Notes: generated by a model not told the origin, from the sequence alone. 64,000 bases of DNA from Aulosira sp. ZfuVER01 (GCA_034530615.2 JAVRCV020000006.1:64001-128000), one strand, 5' to 3'; shown: positions 20,486-30,932, counted from the stretch's first letter. Program-made: numbers and translations.

Positions 20486-20563
20486 AGTATAAACTCCCAT
20501 AGGGAAGTGTTCTCCTCTGTGAGGCCTTGTGCAGAACAAGTAGCACACATTGAGGAAAAATCA

Positions 20564-21625
20564 ATGAATTTGAATTGCTTAGGCTGGAGTAACTTTTTTG
20601 CTCACAGCTATGAACCATATCGCCAACAAGGATTTAGTGTTGGTAGAGTTGCTATTGAATACAAGAATATCTACACCCTCTACAGCGAACATGGAGAAAT
20701 TTCAGCTAAATTAGCAGGTAAACTCAGGCATCAAGCTGCGCAACCTCAAGACTTTCCCTCAGTTGGAGATTGGGTTGTTATCCGGGTGCGAGACTCAGAA
20801 CAGCAAGCAACTATCCACGAGATATTGCCCAGGAAAAGTAAATTTTCTCGTAAGACGGTAGGGAAGAAAACAGCAGAGCAAATCGTTGCAACCAATGTAG
20901 ACACTGTCTTTCTAGTCTCAGGACTAGATAATGATTATAATCCCAGACGAATTGAACGCTATCTAATTCTCGCTTGGGAAAGTGGAGCTAATCCAGTCAT
21001 TGTTTTAAATAAGTCTGACTTGTGTAACTCTCTAGAAAAGTTCTTGGCTGAGGTGGAAGCTATTGCCACAGGTGTACCAATAGTAGTTTTAAGTGCTACC
21101 AATAATCAAGGATTTGAGACTTTAGCATCTTACTTGCAACCAGGGCAGACGGTTGCTTTGTTAGGGTCTTCTGGTGTTGGTAAATCTACAATTACCAACC
21201 AACTCAACAGAGAAACTGTGCAAGCTGTACAATCAGTACGACAGGGTGACGATCGAGGTAGACACACTACAACCCATCGTCAGTTGATATTACTCCCCAC
21301 TGGCGGCTTAATTATCGATACCCCAGGTATGAGGGAAATCCAAATTTGGGCAGGTGACGCAGGTTTGCAAGAAACCTTTGCAGATATCGAAACCTTAGCT
21401 CAACAGTGCCGTTTCCGCGATTGCCAGCATCATAAAGAACCTGGTTGTGCAGTGCAACAGGCATTAGCAGAAGAGCTACTTGATTATTCTAGGTTTCTCA
21501 GTTACCAAAAGTTGCAAAAAGAACTTGATTACTCAGCTCGTAAACAAGATCAATTAGCACAACTAGCTGAGAAAGAACGATGGAAAAAAATCCATAAAGC
21601 TATGCGGCAGCGTAACAAGTCTTAA
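20564..21625 (+). CDS. rsgA: ribosome small subunit-dependent GTPase A (RsgA/YjeQ family)
   Basis: Circularly permuted GTPase ([22 protein letters not shown]) and zinc finger [20 protein letters not shown] before ATG 20564. Confidence 0.92.
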   Translation: MNLNCLGWSNFFAHSYEPYRQQGFSVGRVAIEYKNIYTLYSEHGEISAKLAGKLRHQAAQPQDFPSVGDWVVIRVRDSEQQATIHEILPRKSKFSRKTVGKKTAEQIVATNVDTVFLVSGLDNDYNPRRIERYLILAWESGANPVIVLNKSDLCNSLEKFLAEVEAIATGVPIVVLSATNNQGFETLASYLQPGQTVALLGSSGVGKSTITNQLNRETVQAVQSVRQGDDRGRHTTTHRQLILLPTGGLIIDTPGMREIQIWAGDAGLQETFADIETLAQQCRFRDCQHHKEPGCAVQQALAEELLDYSRFLSYQKLQKELDYSARKQDQLAQLAEKERWKKIHKAMRQRNKS

Positions 21626-22061
21626 AGAGTTAAAGTTCTAATTAATACGTGACTAATGTCATATTAGTATGTATTAACACAGAAACAAAATCTTGGTATT
21701 TACCAGCTTTGGCACGGATAAACCGTGCCAAGAAGCAAAAAATTAGGTAATATATGGAAATACTCAAACGATTATCTGCTACTTACAGCAAGCAAAGCTT
21801 TTATAAATAAATAACAAGCAATTATTGTAAATTTATATTTCCGTTTTTACCCGGATCTCGGCTTTGAATCTGTTGGATTCAATAGAAACAGGGAAGTTAG
21901 AAATTGGTTTGCCTAGATTATTTTTCCAATTTGACAGCGAAATCTGTCTGCTGAACATCCAAACATGGATAGTTCTCGATCAAAAAGCTCGGATGTGGAG
22001 CTAATTTAAGCCTGCGATCGCAGAGAAACCCGATAACCCCAGCTGGAATTCAAGACCGATC

Positions 22062-25000
22062 ATGAGCCAACGATTCTCATCTGAAAACCCCCAGACAAAT
22101 GCTGGAACGACAACTGGTGTGATTGAAAATAACCAGCCAGAAATCGCTCTGTGTGACAGCGCGGGATATTCGCAGCAGGCAATTGAGTATGCTCCTGTGG
22201 CGATCGCTATATTCGATCGGGAAATGCGCTATTTAAACGTAAGTCGCAAATGGTTAAAAGAATATCACCTCAGTGATGATATTATCGGACGCTCTCACTA
22301 TGAGATATTTCCTGACGTTACATCAGAGTGGAAAGAGATTCACCAACAGTGTTTAGCAGGAGCGATCGCAGAACGTACTGAAGACCCCTATCCCCGAGCA
22401 GATGGCTCTATCGTGTGGGTAAGCTGGTCTATACGTCCTTGGCATACCGCCAGTGATGAAATCGGCGGTATTACGTTGTTTAGCGAAAACATCACTCAAC
22501 GCAAGCAAACGGAGTTAGAGCTACAAGAACGTGAAGAACAATTCCGCTTAACTTTTGAACAAGCAGCCATAGGCATTTGTCATGTAAGTTTAGATGGACG
22601 TTGGCTGCTGGTGAATCAACGCTTGTGTGACATTGTCGGGTATGAGCGTGAGGAACTCTTAGCATTGACATTTCAAGATATTACTCATCCTGATGACTTG
22701 GAAACCGATTTAGATTATATCCAGCAGCTGCTTCAAGGTATAATTCCTCGCTACACAATGGAGAAGCGATATATCCATAAGAACGGTTCGCTCGTTTGGA
22801 TTAACCTCGACGTTTCCTTGCTGCGTCAACCTTCTGGAGAACCTGTATACTTTATTTCTACAATTCAAGATATTGGCGAGCGCAAACACGCCCAAATAGC
22901 ACTTCAACAAAGTGAAGAACGTTATCGTTCGCTGATTGCTGCAACTTCTCAAATCGTCTGGACAGCGGATTCTGAAGGGCGATCGCCAGATATACCGAGT
23001 ATGAGAGCTTACACCGGACAAACTCAATCAGAGGTAGTTAATCTTGGGTGGTTGAATGCAATTCATCCCGAAGATCGGGAAAAAACAACTCAGTCTTGGG
23101 TGCAGGCAGTTCAAGCTAGAAGCTTGTATGACGTAGAATATCGCATCCGAGGTATGGATGGCAGCTATCGCTATTTCCAAGGTCGAGGTGTTCCCATTCT
23201 CAATGAAGACAGCAGCATCCGGGAGTGGATAGGTACTTGCACCGACATCCACGATCGCAAACAAGCAGAACAAGCCCTCAAACAAAACAACACCTTGTTA
23301 CGCTCGATTTTAGAAAGTACACCAGATTTTATTGTCGTTAAAGATTCTCAAGGGCATTATGTTGCCCTCAATTCCAAGGCGGCGAACTTTTTGGGACAGT
23401 CAATTGAAAACATCCTTGGCAAGAACGATTTTGAAGTGTTTCCTTCGGAAGTTGCCCATGAAATCATCGCCAAAGACTATCAAATTTTCACAACAGGCAT
23501 TACTGAGACTTATGAGGAATATCTGTCTAATGGTGACACCAATGGCACATTTCTGACGACCAAAGCTCCTTGGCGGGATGCTCATGGCAACATCCTCGGC
23601 ATCATTGCTACAACCCGAAATATTAGCGATGTTTACGACGAACTTCGCTTACGCAAACAAGCTGAACAAGCCCTCAAAGACAACAACACACTGTTACGCT
23701 CGATTTTAGAAAGTACACCAGACTTTATTGTTGTGAAAGATCTTGAGGGGTGTCATGTTGCTCTTAACTCCAATTTTGCCAAATTATTTGGCAAGCCAAT
23801 TGAGGAAATTATCGGCAAAGATGATTTTGCATTCTTTCCACCTGAGATCGCCAGTAAATTCATTGCTAAAGACCGCCAGATTGTTACCACAGGCATGAGC
23901 GAGACTTATGAGGAAGATGTCAATAATGGTGAAGCTAGGGGAACCTTCTTAACTACAAAAGCTCCTTGGCGAGATGCTCAGGGTAACATTCTCGGTATGA
24001 TTGCTATCAGCAGAAATATTAGCGATCGCAAACAAGCAGAAATCGCCCTTGCCAAAGCCAAAGAAGCAGCAGAAGCAGCGAGTTATGCCAAAAGCGAATT
24101 CCTTGCTAACATGAGCCATGAATTGCGGACTCCCCTCAACGGTATCCTGGGGTATGCCCAAATTCTTCAGCGTTCCAAACATTTGCAAGACGAAGAGCGA
24201 TCGCGTATTGATGTAATTTACCAGTGCGGTTCTCATTTGTTGACCTTAATTAATGACATTTTAGATTTGTCGAAAATTGAGGCGCAGAAAGTAGAACTGA
24301 TGCCCAGTGATTTCCATTTCCCAGCATTTTTGCAAGGCGTAGCAGAAATGTGCCGCATCCGTGCCGAACTGAAAAATATTAACTTCCAATATCAATTAGC
24401 CTCAGAATTACCTATTGGCATTCGTGCTGATGAAAAACGCTTGCGGCAAGTATTGATCAACCTTTTGAGCAATGCAATCAAATTTACCGACACAGGCAGC
24501 GTCACCTTTACAATTAGCTATGCCAGTCAAGGCAAAATTCGCTTTGAAATCCGCGATACAGGTATCGGCATTCTCCAAGATAAACTTCAAGCTATTTTTC
24601 AACCCTTTGAGCAAGCAGGAGATAGCCGCCGCCAAACCGAGGGTACGGGGTTGGGATTGGCAATCAGCCAAAGAATTGTCGAATTGATGGGCAGCACCAT
24701 TCACGTTCAAAGTGAAATGGGAGTTGGTAGTATTTTCTGGTTTGATGCCAACTTACCCGAAGCTGATGAATGGGTAAAAACATCACAAGCTGACGATAAA
24801 GGGCAAATTATTGGTATCAAAGATTGGCGTCCTAAGGTTCTTGTTGTTGATGACAAATGGGCGAATCGTTCAGTCATTGCTAACTTGCTCAGTCCCATTG
24901 GCTTTGAGATCGCAGAAGCGTTCAATGGAGAAGAGGGTTGGCAGAAAATTGCGGAATTTCAACCAGATCTTGTCCTTACCGATTTGTTGATGCCAGAACT

Positions 25001-25445
25001 TGATGGATTTGGACTGATCAAGCGCATTCGTGAATCAGATACATTTAAAGATATTGCCATTATTGTTTCTTCTGCAAGTGTGTTTGAAACCGATCAACAT
25101 CGCAGCTTGGAAGTTGGCGGAAATGATTTCCTCCCCAAACCCATACAAGCAATAGATCTCTTTCAGAAATTGCGGAAATATCTTCATCTAGAGTGGCTTT
25201 ATGAAGAACAGAAAATTACCAGCCAGCCAGAGCAAGAAAATACAAAGTTAGTTGCTCCATCGTCAGCAGAATTGGCAACTCTGTATGAGTTAGTTATGAA
25301 AGGTAACTTCAAAGGAATTATTAAACAGGCAGCATTGCTTGCAGAAATGGATGAAAAATACATTCCCTTTGCAAATAAGCTGCACCAACTGGCAAAAGGA
25401 TTTCAAGACCAAGACATTCTTGCACTTATTCAATCTTACAAATAA
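22062..25445 (+). CDS. multi-PAS hybrid sensor histidine kinase (5 PAS - HisKA - HATPase - REC)
   Basis: Repeated PAS/PAC units ending in RKQ/RKH, H-box FLANMSHELRTPLN, N/G boxes, receiver VLVVDD...TDLLMP. Confidence 0.93.
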   Translation: MSQRFSSENPQTNAGTTTGVIENNQPEIALCDSAGYSQQAIEYAPVAIAIFDREMRYLNVSRKWLKEYHLSDDIIGRSHYEIFPDVTSEWKEIHQQCLAGAIAERTEDPYPRADGSIVWVSWSIRPWHTASDEIGGITLFSENITQRKQTELELQEREEQFRLTFEQAAIGICHVSLDGRWLLVNQRLCDIVGYEREELLALTFQDITHPDDLETDLDYIQQLLQGIIPRYTMEKRYIHKNGSLVWINLDVSLLRQPSGEPVYFISTIQDIGERKHAQIALQQSEERYRSLIAATSQIVWTADSEGRSPDIPSMRAYTGQTQSEVVNLGWLNAIHPEDREKTTQSWVQAVQARSLYDVEYRIRGMDGSYRYFQGRGVPILNEDSSIREWIGTCTDIHDRKQAEQALKQNNTLLRSILESTPDFIVVKDSQGHYVALNSKAANFLGQSIENILGKNDFEVFPSEVAHEIIAKDYQIFTTGITETYEEYLSNGDTNGTFLTTKAPWRDAHGNILGIIATTRNISDVYDELRLRKQAEQALKDNNTLLRSILESTPDFIVVKDLEGCHVALNSNFAKLFGKPIEEIIGKDDFAFFPPEIASKFIAKDRQIVTTGMSETYEEDVNNGEARGTFLTTKAPWRDAQGNILGMIAISRNISDRKQAEIALAKAKEAAEAASYAKSEFLANMSHELRTPLNGILGYAQILQRSKHLQDEERSRIDVIYQCGSHLLTLINDILDLSKIEAQKVELMPSDFHFPAFLQGVAEMCRIRAELKNINFQYQLASELPIGIRADEKRLRQVLINLLSNAIKFTDTGSVTFTISYASQGKIRFEIRDTGIGILQDKLQAIFQPFEQAGDSRRQTEGTGLGLAISQRIVELMGSTIHVQSEMGVGSIFWFDANLPEADEWVKTSQADDKGQIIGIKDWRPKVLVVDDKWANRSVIANLLSPIGFEIAEAFNGEEGWQKIAEFQPDLVLTDLLMPELDGFGLIKRIRESDTFKDIAIIVSSASVFETDQHRSLEVGGNDFLPKPIQAIDLFQKLRKYLHLEWLYEEQKITSQPEQENTKLVAPSSAELATLYELVMKGNFKGIIKQAALLAEMDEKYIPFANKLHQLAKGFQDQDILALIQSYK
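23631..23651 (+). mobile_element. 21-nt small dispersed repeat inserted into a HIP1 site, in frame within the kinase
   Basis: GCGAT|gtttacgacgaacttcgctta|CGC; the paralogous PAS junction at 24022-24029 keeps an intact GCGATCGC. Confidence 0.8.
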
Positions 25446-25450
25446 AAGCT

Positions 25451-26779
25451 ATGAATCTCGTAACTGAACAAACTGCAACAGTTCTGATTGTTGATGATAA
25501 TCCTGCCAATTTAGGCGTCTTATCTGATGCCCTCGATCAAGCTGGCTTAGAAGTGTGGGTAGCAAAATCTGGGAAGGTAGCTTTAGAAAGAGTTATGTAT
25601 GCTCTACCAGATTTAATTTTGTTGGATGTGATGATGCCAGAGATGGATGGGTTTGAAACTTGTCGTCAATTAAAAGCTAATTTAGCAACCAAAGAGATTC
25701 CGGTCATCTTTATGACTGCACTTTCTGATACTGCCAACAAAGTTGAAGGTTTTGAAGTTGGCGCTGTAGACTATATCACCAAACCCTTCCAACAAGAAGA
25801 AGTTTTATCACGGATTAAATTGCACTTAAAAATGCATGATTTAGCTCAAAAATTAGAGCATAAAAATACCCTGTTGGAGCAGAAAGTTGCAGAAGTCAGC
25901 CTTGCATATAACGACCTGCAACAAATGCAAATTAAGCTGATTCAAAGTGAGAAACTATCTAGTTTAGGACAGATGGTAGCAGGAATCGCTCATGAAATTA
26001 ACAACCCTGTTAATTTTATTTATGGTAATCTCAGTCATGCCAATGAATATACTCAGGAAGTGCTGAATATTCTACGCCTTTATCAACAAGAATATCCCAA
26101 TCCTACACCACGTATTCAAACAGAACTGGAAACCACAGATTTAGAATTTATCGAAGATGACTTATTAAAACTAATCAACTCAATGAATATCGGCGCAAAA
26201 CGTATTCGGGAAATCGTGCAATCTATGCGGATTTTTTCTCGGATAGATGATATGAACATGAAACCGATGAATATCCATGAGGGTATTGATAGTACACTGA
26301 CAATTTTGAATTACCGCTTAAAAGCAAGACCAGAGCATCCTGGTATCGAAGTAGTTAAAGAATACGATGAATTGCCATTAATTGAGTGTTGTGCTGGACA
26401 AATTAATCAGGTATTTATGAATGTACTCGCTAATGCCATTGATGCATTGGATGAATACAATCAACAGCGTTCATTTGAAGAGATTCAAAAGCAACCAAGT
26501 CGCATTAAGATTCGTACCGCAACGATTGGGGATGATTGGGTCGGTATTTACATTAGTGATAATGGCCCGGGAATTTGTGAAGATGTCAAATCCAAGTTGT
26601 TTAATCCCTTCTTTACAACTAAACCTTCTGGAAAAGGAACTGGATTAGGATTATCTATCAGTCACCAGATTATTACAGAAAAGCATGGCGGTAGTCTCTC
26701 CTGTCAATCCATACCCGGAAAGGAAACAGAATTTGTAATTAAAATTCCAGTGCAACAGCGAATTCCTCAAGTTGCTTAA
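25451..26779 (+). CDS. response regulator - histidine kinase hybrid (REC-HisKA-HATPase)
   Basis: N-terminal receiver (VLIVDD, LLDVMMP), H-box GIAHEINNP, FFTTKP..GTGLGL. Confidence 0.92.
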   Translation: MNLVTEQTATVLIVDDNPANLGVLSDALDQAGLEVWVAKSGKVALERVMYALPDLILLDVMMPEMDGFETCRQLKANLATKEIPVIFMTALSDTANKVEGFEVGAVDYITKPFQQEEVLSRIKLHLKMHDLAQKLEHKNTLLEQKVAEVSLAYNDLQQMQIKLIQSEKLSSLGQMVAGIAHEINNPVNFIYGNLSHANEYTQEVLNILRLYQQEYPNPTPRIQTELETTDLEFIEDDLLKLINSMNIGAKRIREIVQSMRIFSRIDDMNMKPMNIHEGIDSTLTILNYRLKARPEHPGIEVVKEYDELPLIECCAGQINQVFMNVLANAIDALDEYNQQRSFEEIQKQPSRIKIRTATIGDDWVGIYISDNGPGICEDVKSKLFNPFFTTKPSGKGTGLGLSISHQIITEKHGGSLSCQSIPGKETEFVIKIPVQQRIPQVA

Positions 26780-26801
26780 GTTGTCATTTGTCCTCTCTTA
26801 C

Positions 26802-26835
26802 AAAGTCTGAGCAAAGAAAACTTCTGCTCAGACTT
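26802..26835 (+). terminator. intrinsic terminator
   Basis: aaagtctgagca ... tgctcagacttt inverted repeat. Confidence 0.7.
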
Positions 26836-27052
26836 TACGCTTTGTCATTTTATTATTTCCCCGCGTCTTTACGTCTCCCTTTCTCCGCATCCCCTTGTTC
26901 CCCTGCAAAAACAGCGATGGATATTTTTTTATTTGCAAGTCCCTATTATCTCGACAGATAATAATCTTGAAATTTCAAGAAAAAACTTGAGCTAAACATT
27001 TATCAGATGCTACCGTCTACAGGTGATATTGGATTTGAAGGAATTCACCAAA

Positions 27053-29086
27053 ATGAAGTGTAGGCAAAAAGTAGCTCGTGGACAAAAATCGCTGCTAAGT
27101 TTCAGCTTAATTTTTACTTTTCTTGCACCTTATTCTGCTATTAGCGCTGCACTGCCAAGAAACCCAGACAAAACTGTAAATTGCGAGATTTTAGTTGTGG
27201 GTGGTGGACTCTCTGGTGCAGCCACAGCTTATGAGGGTTTGCTAGCGGGACGAACTGTATGTTTAACAGAAATTACCGATTGGCTAGGGGGACAAATTTC
27301 TGCTCAAGGAACATCTGCATTAGACGAACGCCCAACCCAGCGGGCGCGCCAATTCTATTCTCGCGGTTACTTGGAACTGCGCGATCGCATTCAGCGCAAG
27401 TACGGTAAACTTAACCCTGGTGACTGCTGGGTAAGTGACTCTTGTTTTCTTCCCCGTGATGCCCACAACATTTTGACTCAGATGCTCAAAGATGCTGAGA
27501 AAAAGGGCAAAGGCAAGTTGCAATGGTTTGCGAATACAGCGATCAAGGATCTAGAAATTAGTAGTGATGGCAAAATCATTAATAGTGCGATCGCTATTCA
27601 ACATCAACCAGCAAAAGGCGCACCAGCCCTCAATACTTATCCTTTATCTCAAACCATTGAAGATGCCTATACATACGGCAACTCATCACGGTTTAACAAA
27701 ACTATTATCCGCTTCGTACCTAAGCAAAATTCCAAAACCGCCTCAAATTGGTATGTTGTAGACGCTAGCGAAACCGGAGAAATAATTGCCCTAGCTGATG
27801 TTCCCTACCGATTAGGTATTGATGCTCGTTCTTACCTAGAACCTTCTGCTTCTAGCCCCCAAAACGACCCCTATTGTCCTCAAGGTTTTACCTATACTTT
27901 TGCAATGGAGGCTACCAAGGAAGCACAACTCCAAACAATGCCTCCCTATTATCCTCAATACGCCCCATATTTCAGCTATGAATTGCAACGCTTGGCAAAC
28001 TTTGACTTAGTTTTCACCTACCGTCGTATATGGAGTCCCAAAAAAGGACAACCAGCAAAATTCGGGGGTGTCAATTTTACTGCTTCCACGCCTGGGGATA
28101 TCTCCATGCAGAACTGGACTTGGGGTAATGACTACCGTCCCGGAACTGCTGCCGATAATTTAATTTATACTCGCCAACAGTTAGCAAGTACTGGACAGTT
28201 GCAGCCGGGTGGCTGGATGGGGGGATTGAGAACAGACAGCCTGCGTAAAGCTGAAGAAAATGCTCTCTCTTATTACTATTGGCTAGCTGCCGGGACAACA
28301 GATTCTCAACTAGGGAACGGTGTTAAGCAACCGCAACCAAACAACCGCTTGTTAACAGGTTTAAATTCCCCAATGGGGACAGTGTCTGGACTGTCGAAAT
28401 ATCCTTATATGCGAGAAGGACGGAGGATTATTGGCCGTCCCAGTTGGGGACAACCCTCTGGCTTTGGCATCTGGGAAATTGATATTTCTCGCCGCAACTA
28501 CAATGATGAATATTACCGCAAAACCCTGCCCGCAGATATGTATAAGCAATTAAGAGCAGCACTCGCCGGTTTAGAGGCAACATCGGTAATTTCGGGGCAA
28601 ATTTCACCAGATAAAGCAATGCGGCGGACTCGTTCTACCGTTTTCCCTGACTCTATAGGTATCGGTCACTACGCTATCGACTTCCATCCCTGTATGACGA
28701 AAAGCCCTCCAGAAACACCTGGTAATACAGAACGTGCTGGTGAAAGACGCGGTGCAGGTCAAGCTTATCCCTTCCAAATCGCACTCAGGGCAATGATTCC
28801 TCAGAAAATTGACAATTTAATAGTCGGTGGTAAAAGTATTGCTACTAGTCATATTGCTGCTGCTGCCTATCGAGTACACTCTTTTGAATGGTCTGCTGGT
28901 GCGGCTGCGGGAACAGTTGCAGCTTTTGCTATCAAAAATGCTGTAGCACCCTATCAACTGGTGGATGACTTACCCAAATACGAACCGCAACTACAAGCAC
29001 TCAAACGGCTTTTGGAACAAAACGGCAATCCTACGGCTTTTCCTGATACTTCGATTTTTAACCAAAATTGGGAAGATTGGAAATAG
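27053..29086 (+). CDS. exported FAD-dependent oxidoreductase
   Basis: Signal-like N-terminus, VVGGGLSGAATA dinucleotide fold, YMREGRRIIG, GHYAIDFHP, FQIALRAMIP..IDNL. Confidence 0.85.
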   Translation: MKCRQKVARGQKSLLSFSLIFTFLAPYSAISAALPRNPDKTVNCEILVVGGGLSGAATAYEGLLAGRTVCLTEITDWLGGQISAQGTSALDERPTQRARQFYSRGYLELRDRIQRKYGKLNPGDCWVSDSCFLPRDAHNILTQMLKDAEKKGKGKLQWFANTAIKDLEISSDGKIINSAIAIQHQPAKGAPALNTYPLSQTIEDAYTYGNSSRFNKTIIRFVPKQNSKTASNWYVVDASETGEIIALADVPYRLGIDARSYLEPSASSPQNDPYCPQGFTYTFAMEATKEAQLQTMPPYYPQYAPYFSYELQRLANFDLVFTYRRIWSPKKGQPAKFGGVNFTASTPGDISMQNWTWGNDYRPGTAADNLIYTRQQLASTGQLQPGGWMGGLRTDSLRKAEENALSYYYWLAAGTTDSQLGNGVKQPQPNNRLLTGLNSPMGTVSGLSKYPYMREGRRIIGRPSWGQPSGFGIWEIDISRRNYNDEYYRKTLPADMYKQLRAALAGLEATSVISGQISPDKAMRRTRSTVFPDSIGIGHYAIDFHPCMTKSPPETPGNTERAGERRGAGQAYPFQIALRAMIPQKIDNLIVGGKSIATSHIAAAAYRVHSFEWSAGAAAGTVAAFAIKNAVAPYQLVDDLPKYEPQLQALKRLLEQNGNPTAFPDTSIFNQNWEDWK

Positions 29087-29112
29087 AACGTGAATTTTTA
29101 GACCTATACAAA

Positions 29113-29135
29113 CAAAGTCCGCTTAGGCGGACTTT
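29113..29135. terminator. bidirectional terminator between convergent genes
   Basis: caaagtccgc tta ggcggactttg. Confidence 0.65.
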
Positions 29136-29195
29136 GGTCAAAGGGGTATTTAGAAATTATGCAAAACTCACACAGCAAAGAATGTGGATTTATCA

Positions 29196-29465
29196 TTATT
29201 GATCTTGGTCATGGTGCGGATTTGCTGGGGTTTCTACTTGTAAAGTATTCCCCTGTTTTTTAACTGAAAAGTCAGATTCATTTTTGCTAGTTTGAGCCAA
29301 ACCAGCCGCCCCAGCAATTGCAGTTCCTGCAAGACCAAAACCAGCAGACCATTTTGCATCATTGGCATTGGGTGAAACTAAAACAGCAACACCAATTACA
29401 GCTCCGATACCAGCCATAAACAGAGGGGTGATAGCTCGAATAAAATCTGGGGTAAGAAATTTCAT
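29196..29465 (-). CDS. small membrane protein with two Gly/Ala-rich helices
   Basis: 89 aa with two hydrophobic segments. Confidence 0.7.
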   Translation of the reverse strand: MKFLTPDFIRAITPLFMAGIGAVIGVAVLVSPNANDAKWSAGFGLAGTAIAGAAGLAQTSKNESDFSVKKQGNTLQVETPANPHHDQDQ

Positions 29466-29646
29466 AGAAGTTCAATTATAGGTTTGATTTTTATCTAGAG
29501 TTAAATACGCACTAGCAGATTTCAATTCCAGAATGTTCTGATATTTTTACTGAAAAGATGTTTCTCTATGGAAACAAGCCACAACAGCCTCAAGCTGGCA
29601 TCACGCGGAAAATTGGCGCGATCGCTTGCTATACTTCCTCGTTAAT

Positions 29647-29660
29647 AGTACAATTGTACT
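29647..29660. promoter_or_regulatory. cyanobacterial LexA box overlapping a sigma70-type promoter on the + strand
   Basis: AGTACAATTGTACT is a perfect palindrome matching RGTACNNNDGTWCB; -35 TTGCTA (29626), 17-nt spacer, -10 TACAAT (29649). Confidence 0.6.
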
Positions 29661-29741
29661 TACAAGAGATTGCTTTCAGTATCATTTCCCCACTACCCCA
29701 GTGGGGCTTTTGTTTCCAGTAGGTAATCGAACAGATATTGA

Positions 29742-30932
29742 CTAACTTTCACCTGATGCTAACTTTTGCAGCCATCTCTGAGCTTCTGCATAAAACTTGA
29801 ATCGGCTTTCATCAGCACGAAACTCTGGAGTATGAACCATTCTTCTGCCATTTACCCACTTCGTGCCGTGGTATTTATGCAGTAATTCATGAAATAACAC
29901 AAACTCGCTAACAAACTCAGGTATCTTGGCATTATCTAGAGTCAAACTCATCACTACTCTATCTCTAGCTGGCTCATAATGTCCGAATTTACGGTAAGTA
30001 TTAATTTTGCTCCATGCAAGGCGAGGTTTAGCAAGATTTGCAGCAAAATATTCTTGGTTCAGTTTGTCAAATAAATCATCCAAGTTATAAAACTGACCTT
30101 GTGGGTTTTCTGAGATGACTTCAGCAATCAAATCAAGCATCAGCAGTATGTTGCTGTATTCTTCAGAACTGGCAAAGGAACGAATTAGTCGTGAATTATC
30201 TTGATTTTTACTAACAAGAACAGATTTGACTAATGCTTGTAAAACTTCATCTGGCGCATTGATAAACCCTTCACTTATGGAAATATGGGCAAAGGTGCTA
30301 GACTTTTTACCTTTATATAATCCTGCTAAATTAGTTAATTCAATCGTGAGTTTGAGTGAAGTTTGTTGATTTTTGTGGAGGATTTCTTGAGCGATTTGTC
30401 GTACTCTATAAGTACTTGTCATGTGAAGTTGTAAGTTTTGCTCATCTGTTAAAAACTTCATCCAAGAGTAGATTTGACGGGATGTACGAGTTAGGTTTGC
30501 TGGTGTGATTTGTTGGTTAGAACATATTTTTTCTATTGCTATGACTGTTTTGATTAAACTTTGATTTAGTTGTTCTATACCAGCAGAGTTTGGATTTGCA
30601 TTAGAAGCAAAATTAAAAATTTTTTCTAAAATATTATTTTGTTGTGCTTTGATATTTTTAATGCTGATACTCTCAATCTGTGTTTGGGTAGCTTGGTTTG
30701 AAGCGATGGGTAAATTATCCAAGTCAATACTTTTGAGAAAATAATAAGCTTCACGAGAGCGTCTTGGTAAATGATGCGGGTTAGTTTTGGCTTCAGCACA
30801 TAATCTCTCAATAGTTGCAACTGAAGTTGTAATAAATTGTTTAAATTCAGCAACCTTATGGGTTGATAACCCATTCCGCAAGTCATCTTGTACTGTTTGA
30901 GCAGTTTTTAAAATACCGCGAATTTTGATCAT
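29742..30932 (-). CDS. SprT/YgjP-like zinc metallopeptidase with a duplicated N-terminal helical module
   Basis: FVLFHELLH...HTPEF zincin motif; FDKLNQEYF. Confidence 0.8.
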   Translation of the reverse strand: MIKIRGILKTAQTVQDDLRNGLSTHKVAEFKQFITTSVATIERLCAEAKTNPHHLPRRSREAYYFLKSIDLDNLPIASNQATQTQIESISIKNIKAQQNNILEKIFNFASNANPNSAGIEQLNQSLIKTVIAIEKICSNQQITPANLTRTSRQIYSWMKFLTDEQNLQLHMTSTYRVRQIAQEILHKNQQTSLKLTIELTNLAGLYKGKKSSTFAHISISEGFINAPDEVLQALVKSVLVSKNQDNSRLIRSFASSEEYSNILLMLDLIAEVISENPQGQFYNLDDLFDKLNQEYFAANLAKPRLAWSKINTYRKFGHYEPARDRVVMSLTLDNAKIPEFVSEFVLFHELLHKYHGTKWVNGRRMVHTPEFRADESRFKFYAEAQRWLQKLASGES

